From an uncultured Chloroflexia bacterium (GTDB taxonomy: Bacteria > Chloroflexota > Anaerolineae > JAAYZQ01): a stretch of DNA of 64,000 bases. Where the stretch lies: positions 1-64,000 of the forward strand of contig CAVOXA010000006.1 in NCBI GenBank assembly GCA_963700285.1. The letters are read 5' to 3'. The notes under the pieces are model-generated. The model was not told where the DNA came from. It ran no database searches and saw nothing but the letters and a program-made list of their open reading frames with translations. The position numbers and the translations under genes are program-made. Shown piece by piece: positions 12,342-24,923 of this stretch; within the stretch, counting starts at the first letter, position 1; each line of letters opens with the position of its first letter.

Positions 12342-12728
12342 ATGTCCCTGCATCCGCTCAACCTGGCCGTTCGTTTCGTGCTCGAGATCGCCGCCCTGGT
12401 CGCCATCGGCTACTGGGGCTTTAAGGAACACACGGGCATCCTGCAGTTTGTCCTGGGCCTCGGCCTGCCCCTCCTCGCCGCTGCCGCCTGGGGCATCTTT
12501 GCCGTGCCCGGCGACCGCACTCGCTCCGGGGACGCGCCGGTGCCCGTGCCCGGCGCCCTGCGATTGCTCCTCGAGCTGTCCCTCTTTGCCCTGGCCAGCT
12601 GGGCTTTGTGCGACGCCGGCAGCCCCGTGCTGGCCCTGATCCTGGCCAGCGTTGTCGTCGTGCACTATGCCCTATCCTACGATCGCATCGGCCGGCTGCT
12701 CCGCTACCGTGGCCCCGGAACGGCCTGA
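12342..12728 (+). CDS. YrdB/DUF2568-like membrane protein
   Basis: NLAVRFVLEIAAL...WGIFAVPGD; 4 hydrophobic segments. Confidence 0.75.
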   Translation: MSLHPLNLAVRFVLEIAALVAIGYWGFKEHTGILQFVLGLGLPLLAAAAWGIFAVPGDRTRSGDAPVPVPGALRLLLELSLFALASWALCDAGSPVLALILASVVVVHYALSYDRIGRLLRYRGPGTA

Positions 12729-12801
12729 GACCACCATCGAAAGGAATCCTATGTCTGCCGAATTTCCCACCACCGGCATGAGATGACCCACATCCTGGTC
12801 G

Positions 12802-13338
12802 TTGGCGGAGGCGATGCTCGAGCGCTTTGCAGATCTGCAGGGGACACTCTACGATACCAGCGACGACCACGAGACGCTTATCACTCGCCCTCGTGACCTA
12901 CAGGACAACGCCACGCCATCGGGCAACGCCATGGCAGTCACCGCCCTGCTCAAGCTGGCCGGCTTCACCAACGATTTGCGCTATGTCGACATTGCGCACC
13001 AGGCACTTGCGCAAATTCAGCCGATGATGGCTCAGTACCCGCTGGGCTTTGGCCAATGGCTTCAGGCGCTGGCGTACGCCCTTTCGAAGCCGCGCGAGAT
13101 TGCCATTGTCGGTGATCCCGACTCTCCTGACACCCAAGCCTTGCTGAATGTCGTTCGCGATGGCTACCGGCCCTTCCAGGTTGTGGCGTTGGGGATACCT
13201 ACCACACTGCTGCCCACTGTCCCGCTCCTACAGGAACGGGGACTAGTGAACGGCAAGCCGGCAGCCTATGTCTGTCGCAATTTCGCCTGCCAGACGCCGG
13301 TGACGGAGACGGAGGGGCTTCGGGCGCAATTGGAGTAA
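12802..13338 (+). pseudogene. yyaL: yyaL C-terminal fragment 2
   Basis: [29 protein letters not shown]...AYVCRNFACQTP; fused to an unrelated truncated gene start at about 12751. Confidence 0.9.
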
Positions 13339-13360
13339 GACTCGCCCGCTTTCCATAAAT

Positions 13361-13399
13361 CAAGAACCCGAAGGCCTGCTGTGACCCTTCGGGTTCTTG
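13361..13399. terminator. Hairpin between convergent yyaL fragment and hicA (probable terminator)
   Basis: CAAGAACCCGAAGG ... CCTTCGGGTTCTTG. Confidence 0.65.
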
Positions 13400-13432
13400 C
13401 CCAATTCAGAACCTGCGCACCGTGAGTTCAAG

Positions 13433-13657
13433 TCATAGAAGCTCCAGGAACTTGTCGACATCCAACCGCGCCTGCTTCAGAATGTGGGACAGAGTCGACC
13501 GCTTCACCGGTCGGTGTGCTGGGACAGTGACCTTCAGCAGTTCATCGCCAACGCGCTTCTGAAGTCGAATGTGACTGCCTCGCTGTCGAACCACGGTCCA
13601 TCCGTCCCGTTGCAGAGCACGGATGATCTGGTGGTAAGGCAGGCTTGGCACTTTCAC
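13433..13657 (-). CDS. hicA: HicA-family toxin (mRNA interferase)
   Basis: DGWTVVRQRGSHIRL...VTVPAH...TLSHILKQA. Confidence 0.9.
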   Translation of the reverse strand: MKVPSLPYHQIIRALQRDGWTVVRQRGSHIRLQKRVGDELLKVTVPAHRPVKRSTLSHILKQARLDVDKFLELL

Positions 13658-13857
13658 AGAGCCAACTCCCTCACCAGTGAGTGCTCTCCCGCCACAAAGT
13701 CGTCCTCGACCGGTTCGAGATACAGCTCAATAGCCTCCCGGATGTTCCGCATGGCCTCATCAGCTGTATCGCCTTCGCTGATACAGCCCGGCAGTGCAGG
13801 TACATAGACCGTGTAACCACCCTCATCGCTCGGCTCAAGCACAACTTGAAACTTCAC
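13654..13857 (-). CDS. hicB: HicB-family antitoxin (short, no DNA-binding domain)
   Basis: [35 protein letters not shown]; 4-nt overlap with hicA. Confidence 0.9.
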   Translation of the reverse strand: MKFQVVLEPSDEGGYTVYVPALPGCISEGDTADEAMRNIREAIELYLEPVEDDFVAGEHSLVRELAL

Positions 13858-13906
13858 TTCTCACCCCCACCTCACGGTAGCAACTGCTCAACTCCCTCGT
13901 ACAGCT

Positions 13907-13935
13907 ATTGTAGCGCTTCTTGCCCTGCCTGTCAA
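13907..13935 (-). promoter_or_regulatory. sigma70-type promoter of hicBA (part of the conserved end module)
   Basis: TTGACA-17 bp-TACAAT. Confidence 0.75.
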
Positions 13936-13986
13936 ACCGCGGCATACCTTGCCATTGGGCGCAATAAGGCCCGCGCTCAGAGCGCC

Positions 13987-14050
13987 AAGCGGGCTGCCAG
14001 CACCAAACCAGACGTATTGGACTGTGCTGCCACCCACTTTGAGAAGATGC
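13987..14050 (+). repeat. Conserved junction motif J3
   Basis: AAGCGGGCTGCCAGCACCAAACCAGACGTATTGGACTGTGC-tgcca-CCCACTTTGAGAAG. Confidence 0.7.
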
Positions 14051-14829
14051 TTTATGACAATTCACAGTTGGCCCGCGTTTACCTCCACGCCTGGCAGGTA
14101 ACTGGCAACGAGTTCTTTCGAACCATCGCCGAAGAGATCCTGGACTACGTGGTGCGCGAGATGCTCGATCTAGCCGGGGGGTTCTATTCCACTTAGGACG
14201 CCGACAGCGAAGGAATGGAGGGCAAGTTCTTTGTCTGGACGCGGGATGAAATCCGCGATGTGCTCGGCGATCAAGCAGATGCCTTCATGGACGCCTATGG
14301 TGTCACCCGCCGTGGGAATTTCGAGGGCAAGAACATCCTCTAATTCGTCGGTGACATGGACCAACGCCCCACCCTGGCGGAGGCCCCCCGCCGTAAGCTG
14401 TTCGAGGTCCGCGAGAAAGGCATCCACCCTGGCCGAGATGAAAAGGTCCTCACCTCGTGGAATGGGCTGATGCTGGCCGCATTTGCCGAGGCGGCGCGGG
14501 TGCTGGATCGCGACGACTACCGCCAGGTGGCCGAGCGTAATGCCGACTTCCTCCAGCGCGAACTGAGCAGGGAGAACGGACGATTGTTCCACTCATGGAA
14601 GGATGGCGACGCTCGCCTAAACGGTTACTTGGAGGACTATGCCTACCTCAGCGAAGGGCTCCTAGAGCTATACCAGACCACCTTCGATCCCCAATGGTTC
14701 GTGGCAGCCCAGGAACTGGCAGATACGATGATCGCCCACTTCCAGGCACCTGGCGGTGGGTTCTTTGATACCAGCGACGACCACGAGACCCTTATCACCC
14801 GGCTCCGCGACCTGCAGGACAATGCCACG
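14033..14829 (+). pseudogene. yyaL: yyaL fragment 3 ([10 protein letters not shown] to DLQDNAT), with nonsense codons
   Basis: In-frame TAG at 14194 and TAA at 14341; truncated by an attC remnant. Confidence 0.9.
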
Positions 14830-14831
14830 AC

Positions 14832-14896
14832 ACATAACCAATTTTGGCGCGGTTACCGGGCGCGGAGCGGCGTCGGACTGCACGCGCTTGTTAGGC
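14832..14896 (-). repeat. Integron attC site, probably truncated
   Basis: Minus strand GCCTAAC-AAGCGCGTGCAGTCCGACGCCGC...GTTATGT just after the GNAT stop; right inner arm missing. Confidence 0.65.
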
Positions 14897-14912
14897 GCAG
14901 TGCCATGTGGTG

Positions 14913-15737
14913 CTATTCCCAACGTCCGAGGTACCAGTCCGTCGATTCTGTCACAGCGAAGCCGAGCTTCTGCGCAATACGAATGGAGGCTTTGTTTTCG
15001 GAATCGCACTCCCAGCAAGGATTCCTGCCGCGTCTGAAGGCCTCGTCAATGAAGCGGGCGGCTGTGGCGGTCCCGATGCCCTTGTTCTGGTACGCGGCTG
15101 TCGTCTCGATTCCAATGCCGCACTGCAATGGCCCGACGAATTCTGAAGTGCACCAGCAGACCAACTCGCCACGGACTGCCGCAGCGACTCCCCATCCTTG
15201 CGCCGAGAAGCGATCGATTGAGGGCCACATCCATCGCACCTCTTCTGCGACTTGTTCACTATTCACCGTTCCGGCATCGAGCAGCCTTCGGTCAATATTC
15301 ACAAACTCCACGTCGGGCGCCAGCCCACCTGCAATAGTCCGCACGACAAGAGGATGTTCATGAAACAGCTTCCTGCAGCTCGCAGTGATACTATCTGCAA
15401 AAGCGTCGTTCACGGCAGCTGCCACATCAGGTGACACAGCGCGGACGCTGCAGAATTTCAGCCCAGCTGCATGGGCAACAGCCGCGAGTTCCTCACGTAC
15501 AAGGGAGCGCAGAGCATCTCGTGAGCAATTGGAGGAGCAATCCCCACCGACATAGAGACCTTTGTTGCCAAATTCCCACAAAACCGCCGTATCTGCTGTA
15601 CCGACCCCGCTGGTGACCCATAGCCGGGCAAAGGTGTTTCCCGCAGAGACTGACTGCCTCAGCAATGCCAACTGCCGACCCGGGAACAGGCTGGCGTAGT
15701 CTGTAAGACGGTCTATCGATATTTCGGAGAACACCAT
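14913..15737 (-). CDS. GNAT-family acetyltransferase (integron cassette)
   Basis: IGIETTAAYQNKGIGT...WECDSENKASIRIAQKLGF; bounded by attC sites. Confidence 0.85.
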   Translation of the reverse strand: MVFSEISIDRLTDYASLFPGRQLALLRQSVSAGNTFARLWVTSGVGTADTAVLWEFGNKGLYVGGDCSSNCSRDALRSLVREELAAVAHAAGLKFCSVRAVSPDVAAAVNDAFADSITASCRKLFHEHPLVVRTIAGGLAPDVEFVNIDRRLLDAGTVNSEQVAEEVRWMWPSIDRFSAQGWGVAAAVRGELVCWCTSEFVGPLQCGIGIETTAAYQNKGIGTATAARFIDEAFRRGRNPCWECDSENKASIRIAQKLGFAVTESTDWYLGRWE

Positions 15738-15754
15738 TGTGCACCCGCCACTGC

Positions 15755-15854
15755 GCCTAACGGAAAAGTTCAGCCGCCGGGAAAGCCCGCTGAGACTTTC
15801 ATCCCCGTCAGGATTTGGCCGGGCTTTCCCGGTCGGCTGCAACGGGGGTTAGCC
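15755..15854 (-). repeat. Integron attC site (100 bp)
   Basis: Minus strand GGCTAAC...TTGCAGCCGACCGGGAAAGCCC / GGGCTTTCCCGGCGGCTGAA...GTTAGGC; imperfect hairpin with extrahelical bases. Confidence 0.9.
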
Positions 15855-15906
15855 GGGGTGACTTTTCAGAGACTATCCAGTCTGCACGATCTTCATGTGC
15901 TCGACG

Positions 15907-16417
<511 letters not shown>

Positions 16418-16496
16418 TCATCCACGCCAACTCCTATCCAACCACCCACCGAGCCGCCACGCCCACTGACCGGGCAGAGACCTTCGACTTGGCTCC

Positions 16497-16530
16497 ATTA
16501 TACATCAAAGCGTGCTCGCCGACAAGCACG
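16497..16530 (-). promoter_or_regulatory. brnTA promoter with overlapping palindrome
   Basis: TTGTCG-17 bp-TATAAT; CGTGCT...AGCACG inverted repeat over the -35. Confidence 0.65.
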
Positions 16531-16717
16531 CTCTTTTCTCAACCGCCAGCCCGGCTGACAATTGAATAGACCGGACTATTTCGGCCTATCTTTCTTGGTT
16601 CCTAGACCGAATAGGTTCGGCATAACACACCCGAAAGGTTGACTTATGTCGAGTCCTGCGTATGATATGGTAGTCTTGGTGAGTGATCTGGTCACAGTGC
16701 AAGTCCGACGATGAGGT

Positions 16718-16746
16718 ATTATGCAACCAAAACCCCTTTCTGTCAA
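16718..16746 (-). promoter_or_regulatory. Strong leftward promoter facing the cassette array (Pc-like; part of the end module)
   Basis: TTGACA-17 bp-CATAAT. Confidence 0.7.
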
Positions 16747-16821
16747 GGATGATGTCGACGTCTTGGCCCAGAATCTGGCCACGAGCGCCTTTCTCTTACT
16801 CTCGCGGGCAGATGTCAACAC

Positions 16822-16865
16822 AAGCCGGGCCGTCAGCGGAAATCCAGGCGCATTGGATTGTGCAC

Positions 16866-16885
<20 letters not shown>
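16822..16885 (+). repeat. Conserved junction motif J4
   Basis: AAGCCGGGCCGTCAGCGGAAATCCAGGCGCATTGGATTGTGC-ac-CCCACTTTGAG. Confidence 0.7.
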
Positions 16886-17674
<789 letters not shown>

Positions 17675-18067
17675 TTAATGGTTTTGCTCTTGGTCAAGTA
17701 GCCTAGTGAACGAGAGCGACGCTAACTTCCAGCTACCATCTTGCTGCACATATACTTCTGTAACCTCAAAAGGATTGGTGACCTCATGGCCGCCAACCAC
17801 GGCCAACAGCTTGATTCTGTTCAAAAGGATGGCCGTCGTGCCAATGATAGCCACCGACACTTCATGGATATCCGCTTGTTTGTAGTAAATGCCTCCGCTT
17901 TTGATGATATCGAGTTCTCGTACTTTCCCCCAGGATCCTCCCATGTGGACGAACATTGCCTTGTCATGGAAGAGAGCGTCAAGGGTGTCTACCTTGCGCT
18001 CTGCCATCCAGCGCCATTTCTCTTTAGAGAGATTGATGACTTCTTGCTCCAGGTTCACGTTTTGCAT
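17675..18067 (-). CDS. DUF4440 / NTF2-like protein
   Basis: LSKEKWRWMAE...FVHMGG...NPFEVTEVY. Confidence 0.8.
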   Translation of the reverse strand: MQNVNLEQEVINLSKEKWRWMAERKVDTLDALFHDKAMFVHMGGSWGKVRELDIIKSGGIYYKQADIHEVSVAIIGTTAILLNRIKLLAVVGGHEVTNPFEVTEVYVQQDGSWKLASLSFTRLLDQEQNH

Positions 18068-20043
18068 AATTCACTCCTTTTTGACGATGCACACTGATGA
18101 TTAAGGATCTCGCTCAGCCACTTGTCAAAATCAAGTATCCACTGACCATCTCCGGCGCCAAAACCATGAGGCCAACCTTCCAGCACATGGGATTCAACCG
18201 GCACACCGGCCTGTTGCAGGGCGCTGACACACGCCTCAAACTGACGTACAAACGGATCTCTTGTGCCATATAAGAAATATGTGGGTGGCAAATCCGCGGC
18301 CTTGAACTTTTCAACATCTGTAGATGCAACGCTCAGTCTTCCATAAAAGGAATAGATCATTCCGACCGCACTGACATCGGCAGAAATCCTATCCAATGCG
18401 TCCGGCATATAGTCGGGGTCAATGGCGGTTCCATTGATAGTCCCGTCAAAATTCAGTACCAACTCACCCGCCAGGATACCGCCGGCTGAGAAGCCTACAA
18501 CCGCTATATCATTCTCTTCAATGCCTAAATCCGCTGCATGACTGCGGACATACCTCACCGCCCGGGCCAGGTCCAAAGCGCCTTCCTGCATGGTATACGG
18601 CCTCAGCCGATAGTTCACCACAAAACTCTGATACTCAAGCGCGTTCAGATGTTCCGCGACAGGTGTCCCTTCATTCTCATTGCCGCGAAATTGAAAAGCG
18701 CCCCCGGCGCATATCAGCACCGCCCCTTTGACTGCAACTCCTTGTTTGGCGGGAAAGTACACCATATTGGGACGAAAATCAGGCGGATCAAAATACCCGG
18801 CATTGTTTTCCGTATACTCGGTGGTAGTTGGAACATCATCTTCTTCCCAGAGATAAATGTGCCGGGGTATCTCATTTTGTGAAGCACCCGTTATATGTCT
18901 TTGCCAGAATTGAACAGCCAAGTCCACCCATCCTTCCGCATCGGTTCCTGTGCCAAGTCCAAATCCATGCCCTGCACTTTCGTACCGGCGATAGTCAACA
19001 TCCACTCCGGCGTTTTTTAGATTCTCAACACGCCTTTCCACTGTATTGACGTTGGCTATGCCATCGTTAGCGGCGACGGTAATGAAAGCCGGAGAGAAGT
19101 CACTTGAGTAGGTTGATTGTCCGGTATAGGCTATGACGGCTGTCGCCGGTTTCGGGAGATTGCCGCCGCCATAAGCGGATACGCCGTTTAAGGCAATATC
19201 ACCCACCATCCTGGCCCCGGCAGAGCCGCCCCATAACGAATAGTCTTGAGTGCTGACTTCAAGTGTTTCCGCATTACGGAAGATATAAGCTATCGCCGCC
19301 GCCAGGTCTTCGGTAGCCCGTTGCTCACTGCCAATGCGGTAGCGTATGACAAAAGCGTTATACCCATTTTGGCTTATTTCTAAAGCAAGTGGAAATCCTT
19401 CATGAAGGGAACCAACGTAGGAGAAACCTCCTCCAGGACATACGATGGCAAACGGAGCTCCGGCTTTCCCCGGAAGAAAAAGAGGCCGGTAGCCTCTTTG
19501 GTGGGATCCTTGTTGCTTTTGCTCGTCGGTATAGAAATCGTAGAATATTGTTTTGCCATCGCTCACTTGGTCTATCATGTGGTTGATTGCACCCACGACA
19601 ATTGCAGGCTCCACATGGCTGTGATACGGCAAGAGTGAAGCAACATTATTTAGCCGCGTGTCATAATAAGCGGTATTGTCATCCCGTGGTAGCACAGAGT
19701 TACCAAAATCCTCAAGCGCCGGATGATTGACAACATCGCGGATAAAGTGACTGGTTGTTAGATGGTGGTATAGTTCACCGGTTTCTTCTGGATATTCCGG
19801 TTCGGTCATAGGCCTACTTGCGTCAATCGTGTCCTCCTGTGTACGACTTGCGTCGTCTATTTCACCGGTCCCTTCCAAGTATTCCGATTCAGTTATAGTC
19901 CTACCTGCTCCAACCGTACCCTCCTGCGTGCAACTTGAAAGGAATACTATAAGAGCCAACAACATCAAGCTACCGCTAAAAGTTGAAACACTTCTTTGTA
20001 ACCAACCACGACCAGAATTGCATCTTTTACGCCTCAATTTCAT
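18055..20043 (-). CDS. Tandem alpha/beta hydrolase (esterase), probably a lipoprotein
   Basis: Two GxSAG motifs (GGSAGA, GFSAGG) and two HGFG motifs; lipobox-like LSSC. Confidence 0.8.
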   Translation of the reverse strand: MKLRRKRCNSGRGWLQRSVSTFSGSLMLLALIVFLSSCTQEGTVGAGRTITESEYLEGTGEIDDASRTQEDTIDASRPMTEPEYPEETGELYHHLTTSHFIRDVVNHPALEDFGNSVLPRDDNTAYYDTRLNNVASLLPYHSHVEPAIVVGAINHMIDQVSDGKTIFYDFYTDEQKQQGSHQRGYRPLFLPGKAGAPFAIVCPGGGFSYVGSLHEGFPLALEISQNGYNAFVIRYRIGSEQRATEDLAAAIAYIFRNAETLEVSTQDYSLWGGSAGARMVGDIALNGVSAYGGGNLPKPATAVIAYTGQSTYSSDFSPAFITVAANDGIANVNTVERRVENLKNAGVDVDYRRYESAGHGFGLGTGTDAEGWVDLAVQFWQRHITGASQNEIPRHIYLWEEDDVPTTTEYTENNAGYFDPPDFRPNMVYFPAKQGVAVKGAVLICAGGAFQFRGNENEGTPVAEHLNALEYQSFVVNYRLRPYTMQEGALDLARAVRYVRSHAADLGIEENDIAVVGFSAGGILAGELVLNFDGTINGTAIDPDYMPDALDRISADVSAVGMIYSFYGRLSVASTDVEKFKAADLPPTYFLYGTRDPFVRQFEACVSALQQAGVPVESHVLEGWPHGFGAGDGQWILDFDKWLSEILNHQCASSKRSELCKT

Positions 20044-20061
20044 GGCTTCCTTATTTTACCA

Positions 20062-20475
20062 CTACGTTTCAGTGTCTCCCCCTATCAAATATTGCTCGTC
20101 ACTGACTTTTTCCAGCCACTCGACACCCTGGCCTTCGGCTCTTTCGATAATGGCAATATGGGTCAGCGCGGTGGTGGGAGCGGCCCCATGCCAGTGCTTC
20201 TCCCCCGGCTCAAACCAAACCACGTCGCCTGGTCCGATTTCTTCAATGGGGCCGCCCCAGCGTTGTACGCGACCACAACCGGCGGTCACAATCAGGGTCT
20301 GGCCCAGAGCATGGGTGTGCCAGGCGGTGCGGGCACCGGGTTCAAAAGTGACACTGGCCCCATACACGCGGGCCGGAGCGGGCGTATCGAACAACGGATC
20401 AACACGCACGTTGCCGGTAAAATACTCGATCGGCCCCTTTCCGGAAGGCTGGGAGCCATTTCTCTTGATTTCCAT
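20062..20475 (-). CDS. Cupin-domain protein
   Basis: [14 protein letters not shown]...GEKHWHGA. Confidence 0.9.
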   Translation of the reverse strand: MEIKRNGSQPSGKGPIEYFTGNVRVDPLFDTPAPARVYGASVTFEPGARTAWHTHALGQTLIVTAGCGRVQRWGGPIEEIGPGDVVWFEPGEKHWHGAAPTTALTHIAIIERAEGQGVEWLEKVSDEQYLIGGDTET

Positions 20476-20600
20476 GTTCGTTCCTTTCTTTCCGGACGGT
20501 ATTCGAAACCGGACAGCCGCAAGGGATTGGCCGTCTTTCAACCTGATATTTCAGGTCTCTTGTGGCCAATCCCTCATATGAGACAACGCTGCATTTTTCT

Positions 20601-21808
<1,208 letters not shown>

Positions 21809-21937
21809 TAACCGGGTGTTAACAGGCAGCATACTGGACTCTGTGCCTCATGCTTTCGACTCGGACCACACTTGCGTCGTCGGCGGGTACCATGCTATAA
21901 TGGTTGTGCTGCGACAATTGGTTTAGAGGTGGGAACT

Positions 21938-22180
21938 ATGAGAGAGTACCTTTTCACCGTCATCATCGAGCGCCAGCCTGAGGGCGAATACCTGGTCTCT
22001 GTGCCTGCCCTGCCGGGTTGTTATACCGAAGGAGGCACTATGGACGAAGCCCGCAGTATGGCCGCCGATGCGATCCGCGCCTACTGCGCCAGTCTGCTCA
22101 AGCACGGAGACCCGATTCCTGAAGAGCCTGCAGTGGAGCAGTACGTTGGGCGCTTGAGTGTGGTTTTGGAGCTTGCCTGA
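21938..22180 (+). CDS. hicB: HicB-family antitoxin
   Basis: YLVSVPALPGCYTEGGTMDEARSMAADAI; TGnTATAAT promoter at about 21893-21901. Confidence 0.88.
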   Translation: MREYLFTVIIERQPEGEYLVSVPALPGCYTEGGTMDEARSMAADAIRAYCASLLKHGDPIPEEPAVEQYVGRLSVVLELA

Positions 22181-22407
22181 TGCCCCGTTTGCCTACGGTG
22201 AGTCCTCGCCAGCTTGTCCGGGCTCTCGAGCACGTCGGCTTTGAGATTGACCACCAGACGGGCAGCCATGTTGTTCTGTGGCGCGCTAGCGATGGCTCCC
22301 GTGTGGTCGTGCCCTGGCATAGCCGAGATCTCGGTCGAGGGTTAACACTACGGATTATCAAGAGTGCTGGCTTGACCCGCGATGAGTTCATTGAGTTGCT
22401 GAAGTGA
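22180..22407 (+). CDS. hicA: HicA-family toxin
   Basis: GFEIDHQTGSHVVL...VVVPWH...GLTLRIIKSAGL; TGATG coupling with hicB. Confidence 0.88.
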   Translation: MPRLPTVSPRQLVRALEHVGFEIDHQTGSHVVLWRASDGSRVVVPWHSRDLGRGLTLRIIKSAGLTRDEFIELLK

Positions 22408-22602
22408 CCCAGTGAAGGACAGGCCTGCCCGTTAACCTTTCCCCTCGAAGGACTCCCCCATCCGTTCCCATGTGTCATCTGGAGAACAGCAGGTTCTGAC
22501 ACATCGCCATTCGCCCGACGCGCTGCTTGAGGTAGCCCGACAGGCAAGTCGCTATCGAAACCTGCAATCTGGCTCTAGCTCAAGGCTCTCAAGTCGGTAT
22601 GA

Positions 22603-22942
22603 GAGTGATGAGCGCGAAACCTTGATGAGCCAGTATCCACTGGGTTTCGGCCAGTGGCTCCAGGCGTTGGCATATGCCCTGTCAGAGCCGCGAGAGATAG
22701 CCATCGTCGGCGATCCGGACTCCGCCGACACCCAGGCCTTGCTAAGCGTCGTTCGCAATGGCTATCGACGCTTCCAGGGCGACGACCTGGAAGCACCGGA
22801 CGCGCAGTCGCCTGCTGTCCCGCTCCTGCACGACCGAGGCCTGATGGATGGGCATGCTGCAGCCTACGTGTGCCGTGGCTTTGCTTGCCAGGCACCGGTC
22901 ACTGATCGAGGGGCCCTACAGTCGCTACTGGAAACAGGGTGA
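22603..22942 (+). pseudogene. yyaL: yyaL C-terminal fragment 6 with internal deletion
   Basis: SDERETL joined to MSQYPLGFGQWL...AYVCRGFACQAP. Confidence 0.85.
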
Positions 22943-23092
22943 CGGAACAACTGCACTTGCCAACCACCCGGAAGCAAGTGACGAAGAATCGGGACGCCTT
23001 GCCTAAAGGATCAGCCAATCAGGCCGCAGAACATCTGGAATGGATCGAATAATCAGGCCGGGGACACACCGGCTCATGCTCGCTCTTGGTGT

Positions 23093-23223
23093 GCCTAGCG
23101 GTTGGCGTTACCCGCAAGTGGGCGGGTGTGGATACGGATTGGGAGCGGGAAAAAAACCTGAAGCCACGAAAAAGGCTAAAAAACGCGCAGACTCCCACTT
23201 GTCGGGTGCACGCTGTGTTAGCC
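23093..23223 (-). repeat. Integron attC site (131 bp, degenerate R' GCTAGGC)
   Basis: Minus strand GGCTAAC-ACAGCGTGCACCCGACAAGTGGG...CCCACTTGCGGGTAACGC-CAACC-GCTAGGC. Confidence 0.85.
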
Positions 23224-23271
23224 CGCTTTTTGCCCATTAGGTTTTCGGTTTTGTTGTGGCACAGGATGCGC

Positions 23272-23718
23272 TTACGTACCGGCTTCCAGCAATTGCTTCA
23301 TATTGCGGATACTGCTCGCATCCTGCGCTTTGATTCGCTTGCCAAGAAAACCCTCAGCCCACCGAAATATGCCTATGGCTACATACTCACCATGAAAAGT
23401 CAACTGCGTACCATTGTCTTTTGGGACAAGCGTCGTTACTCCATTAGCCTTTTTGAATGGAAAAGGGATTTTCATGGACTGTACACCGTGCTGGTTGGAC
23501 GGCTCCCATCGCGTGACCTTCATCATGACTTCAGTTGTGCCACCAGGAGTTCTAGAAAGCACTTCAAAAGTGGAACCAACGCCAGGTGTACCAGGAGATG
23601 TCCATTCTGCAGATATGGTATTCGCTTGGTATTTTGCATAGTTGGCTGGATCTGCTAGAAATGCAAAGACATCCTGAGGTGGGCGACTGATGAATTCGGT
23701 TGTTTCAAAAGTTATCAT
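23272..23718 (-). CDS. SRPBCC/polyketide cyclase-like protein (AT-rich integron cassette)
   Basis: ISRPPQDVFAFLADPAN...GVGSTF; RBS GAGGAG; bounded by attC sites. Confidence 0.8.
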   Translation of the reverse strand: MITFETTEFISRPPQDVFAFLADPANYAKYQANTISAEWTSPGTPGVGSTFEVLSRTPGGTTEVMMKVTRWEPSNQHGVQSMKIPFPFKKANGVTTLVPKDNGTQLTFHGEYVAIGIFRWAEGFLGKRIKAQDASSIRNMKQLLEAGT

Positions 23719-23835
23719 TGAAAACTCTCCTCTCTATAAATAAACGGTTGATTTCCACAGGGGCAAGTTGAAGGTTCTGCACATAATGAGATGAGCTTAT
23801 ATAATAGCCGATCTCGTATCAACATGTAAGAAGCG

Positions 23836-23925
23836 GGCTAACGGCCTTGAGCTGAACGGCCCGGCCAAGACACCTGCTCATTCTCGCGCCGCCCTGGCCG
23901 GGTCCGCTCCAGCGAGTGGTTGGCC
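23836..23925 (-). repeat. Integron attC site (90 bp)
   Basis: Minus strand GGCCAAC-CACTCGCTGGAGCGGACCCGGCCA...TGGCCGGGCCGTTCAGC-TCAAGGCC-GTTAGCC. Confidence 0.9.
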
Positions 23926-24124
23926 CGCTCTAGCCAATCAACGGGAGCCTGGCCCGACAATTCTCCTATGGTTCCCAGCATCTAGCCTGCAGAGGCCCAA
24001 AGACAAAGACCTAGGCTGATCATGGGCCCTGTTTACCAGCCGCTTCTGAGCGCGGTCGATTTCTCCTTGAGCGGTCACCAAGCTCGAGCCGACTAGGATT
24101 GGGGTGACTAGAACTCCTGGCTCA

Positions 24125-24799
24125 TTAGGAAGAAGTTGAAGCGGATCGACGGAGTGAGACCCCAGCCGTGATTTGTGCCAGCCCTCCCAGAGCTGGCGAC
24201 ACGAGTTGAAACGCTTTTGCATCTAAGAATGCCGGGATGCCGACCACACCATAGACCATGAAGAGGAATCCACTCCACTTCCACAAGATCTTGGAGCGCC
24301 ATATCGCAAGACCAATGACTATGTTGCCGATATTCCACAAGATTCCGGAAAGGAATTGGATGGGCAGAAATGGCTCCAGGAAGGTCTGATCCATCACAGC
24401 GATCATCTCGGGCTTTCCCTGTTCGACAAGGCGGCCAATCGCGGGGACGACGAACGCTGCGAAGCCAGTTATCGGCAGGAACAACACAAGGAACCCAACC
24501 GTGATTGCCATCCCTGCAAAGGCGAGCTTTTCGTGGCTGGACCTGGAGAGATAAGCGTACAGGGCAAAGACGCCCAGAACGAAGAGCGCGAGCGAGATTC
24601 CCGCCAACATTATTCCAAGCCGATACTCGAACGAGTTTGCCCCGATGGCAAACTCCAAGTTCCTTTCCGGCGCAGTTGGCACGTTGCGGCTTAGGATGCC
24701 CTGTGGGATCAAAGCCAACCCAGCCAAGATAAGTGCGATTCCTCCTAGAGCCACGCGCTTGAGAAAGACCGGTTCGTTGTTTGTTTTGGATGTGTCCAA
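24125..24799 (-). CDS. Multi-TM membrane protein (cassette)
   Basis: About 6 hydrophobic segments; RBS AAGGAG; lies between attC-like sites. Confidence 0.7.
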   Translation of the reverse strand: MDTSKTNNEPVFLKRVALGGIALILAGLALIPQGILSRNVPTAPERNLEFAIGANSFEYRLGIMLAGISLALFVLGVFALYAYLSRSSHEKLAFAGMAITVGFLVLFLPITGFAAFVVPAIGRLVEQGKPEMIAVMDQTFLEPFLPIQFLSGILWNIGNIVIGLAIWRSKILWKWSGFLFMVYGVVGIPAFLDAKAFQLVSPALGGLAQITAGVSLRRSASTSS

Positions 24800-24856
24800 A
24801 TTTGACTCCTTTGGTATCCATGCTGCTGGAGATATCCGGCGACAACCTTATGAGCC

Positions 24857-24912
24857 GCCTAACGATAAGGACTATGCGGCGGCGGAACGCCGCATAATCC
24901 TTATCGTTAGGC
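24857..24912. repeat. Near-perfect palindromic attC-like site
   Basis: GCCTAACGATAAGGACTATGCGGCG-gcggaa-CGCCGCATAATCCTTATCGTTAGGC. Confidence 0.65.
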
Positions 24913-24923
24913 GGTAAGCGAGC

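Noticed and set aside
14356-15363. 335-aa ORF as a yyaL fusion protein (likewise 28180-29097)
   Set aside because: It is read-through from a yyaL fragment into the antisense strand of the neighbouring gene.
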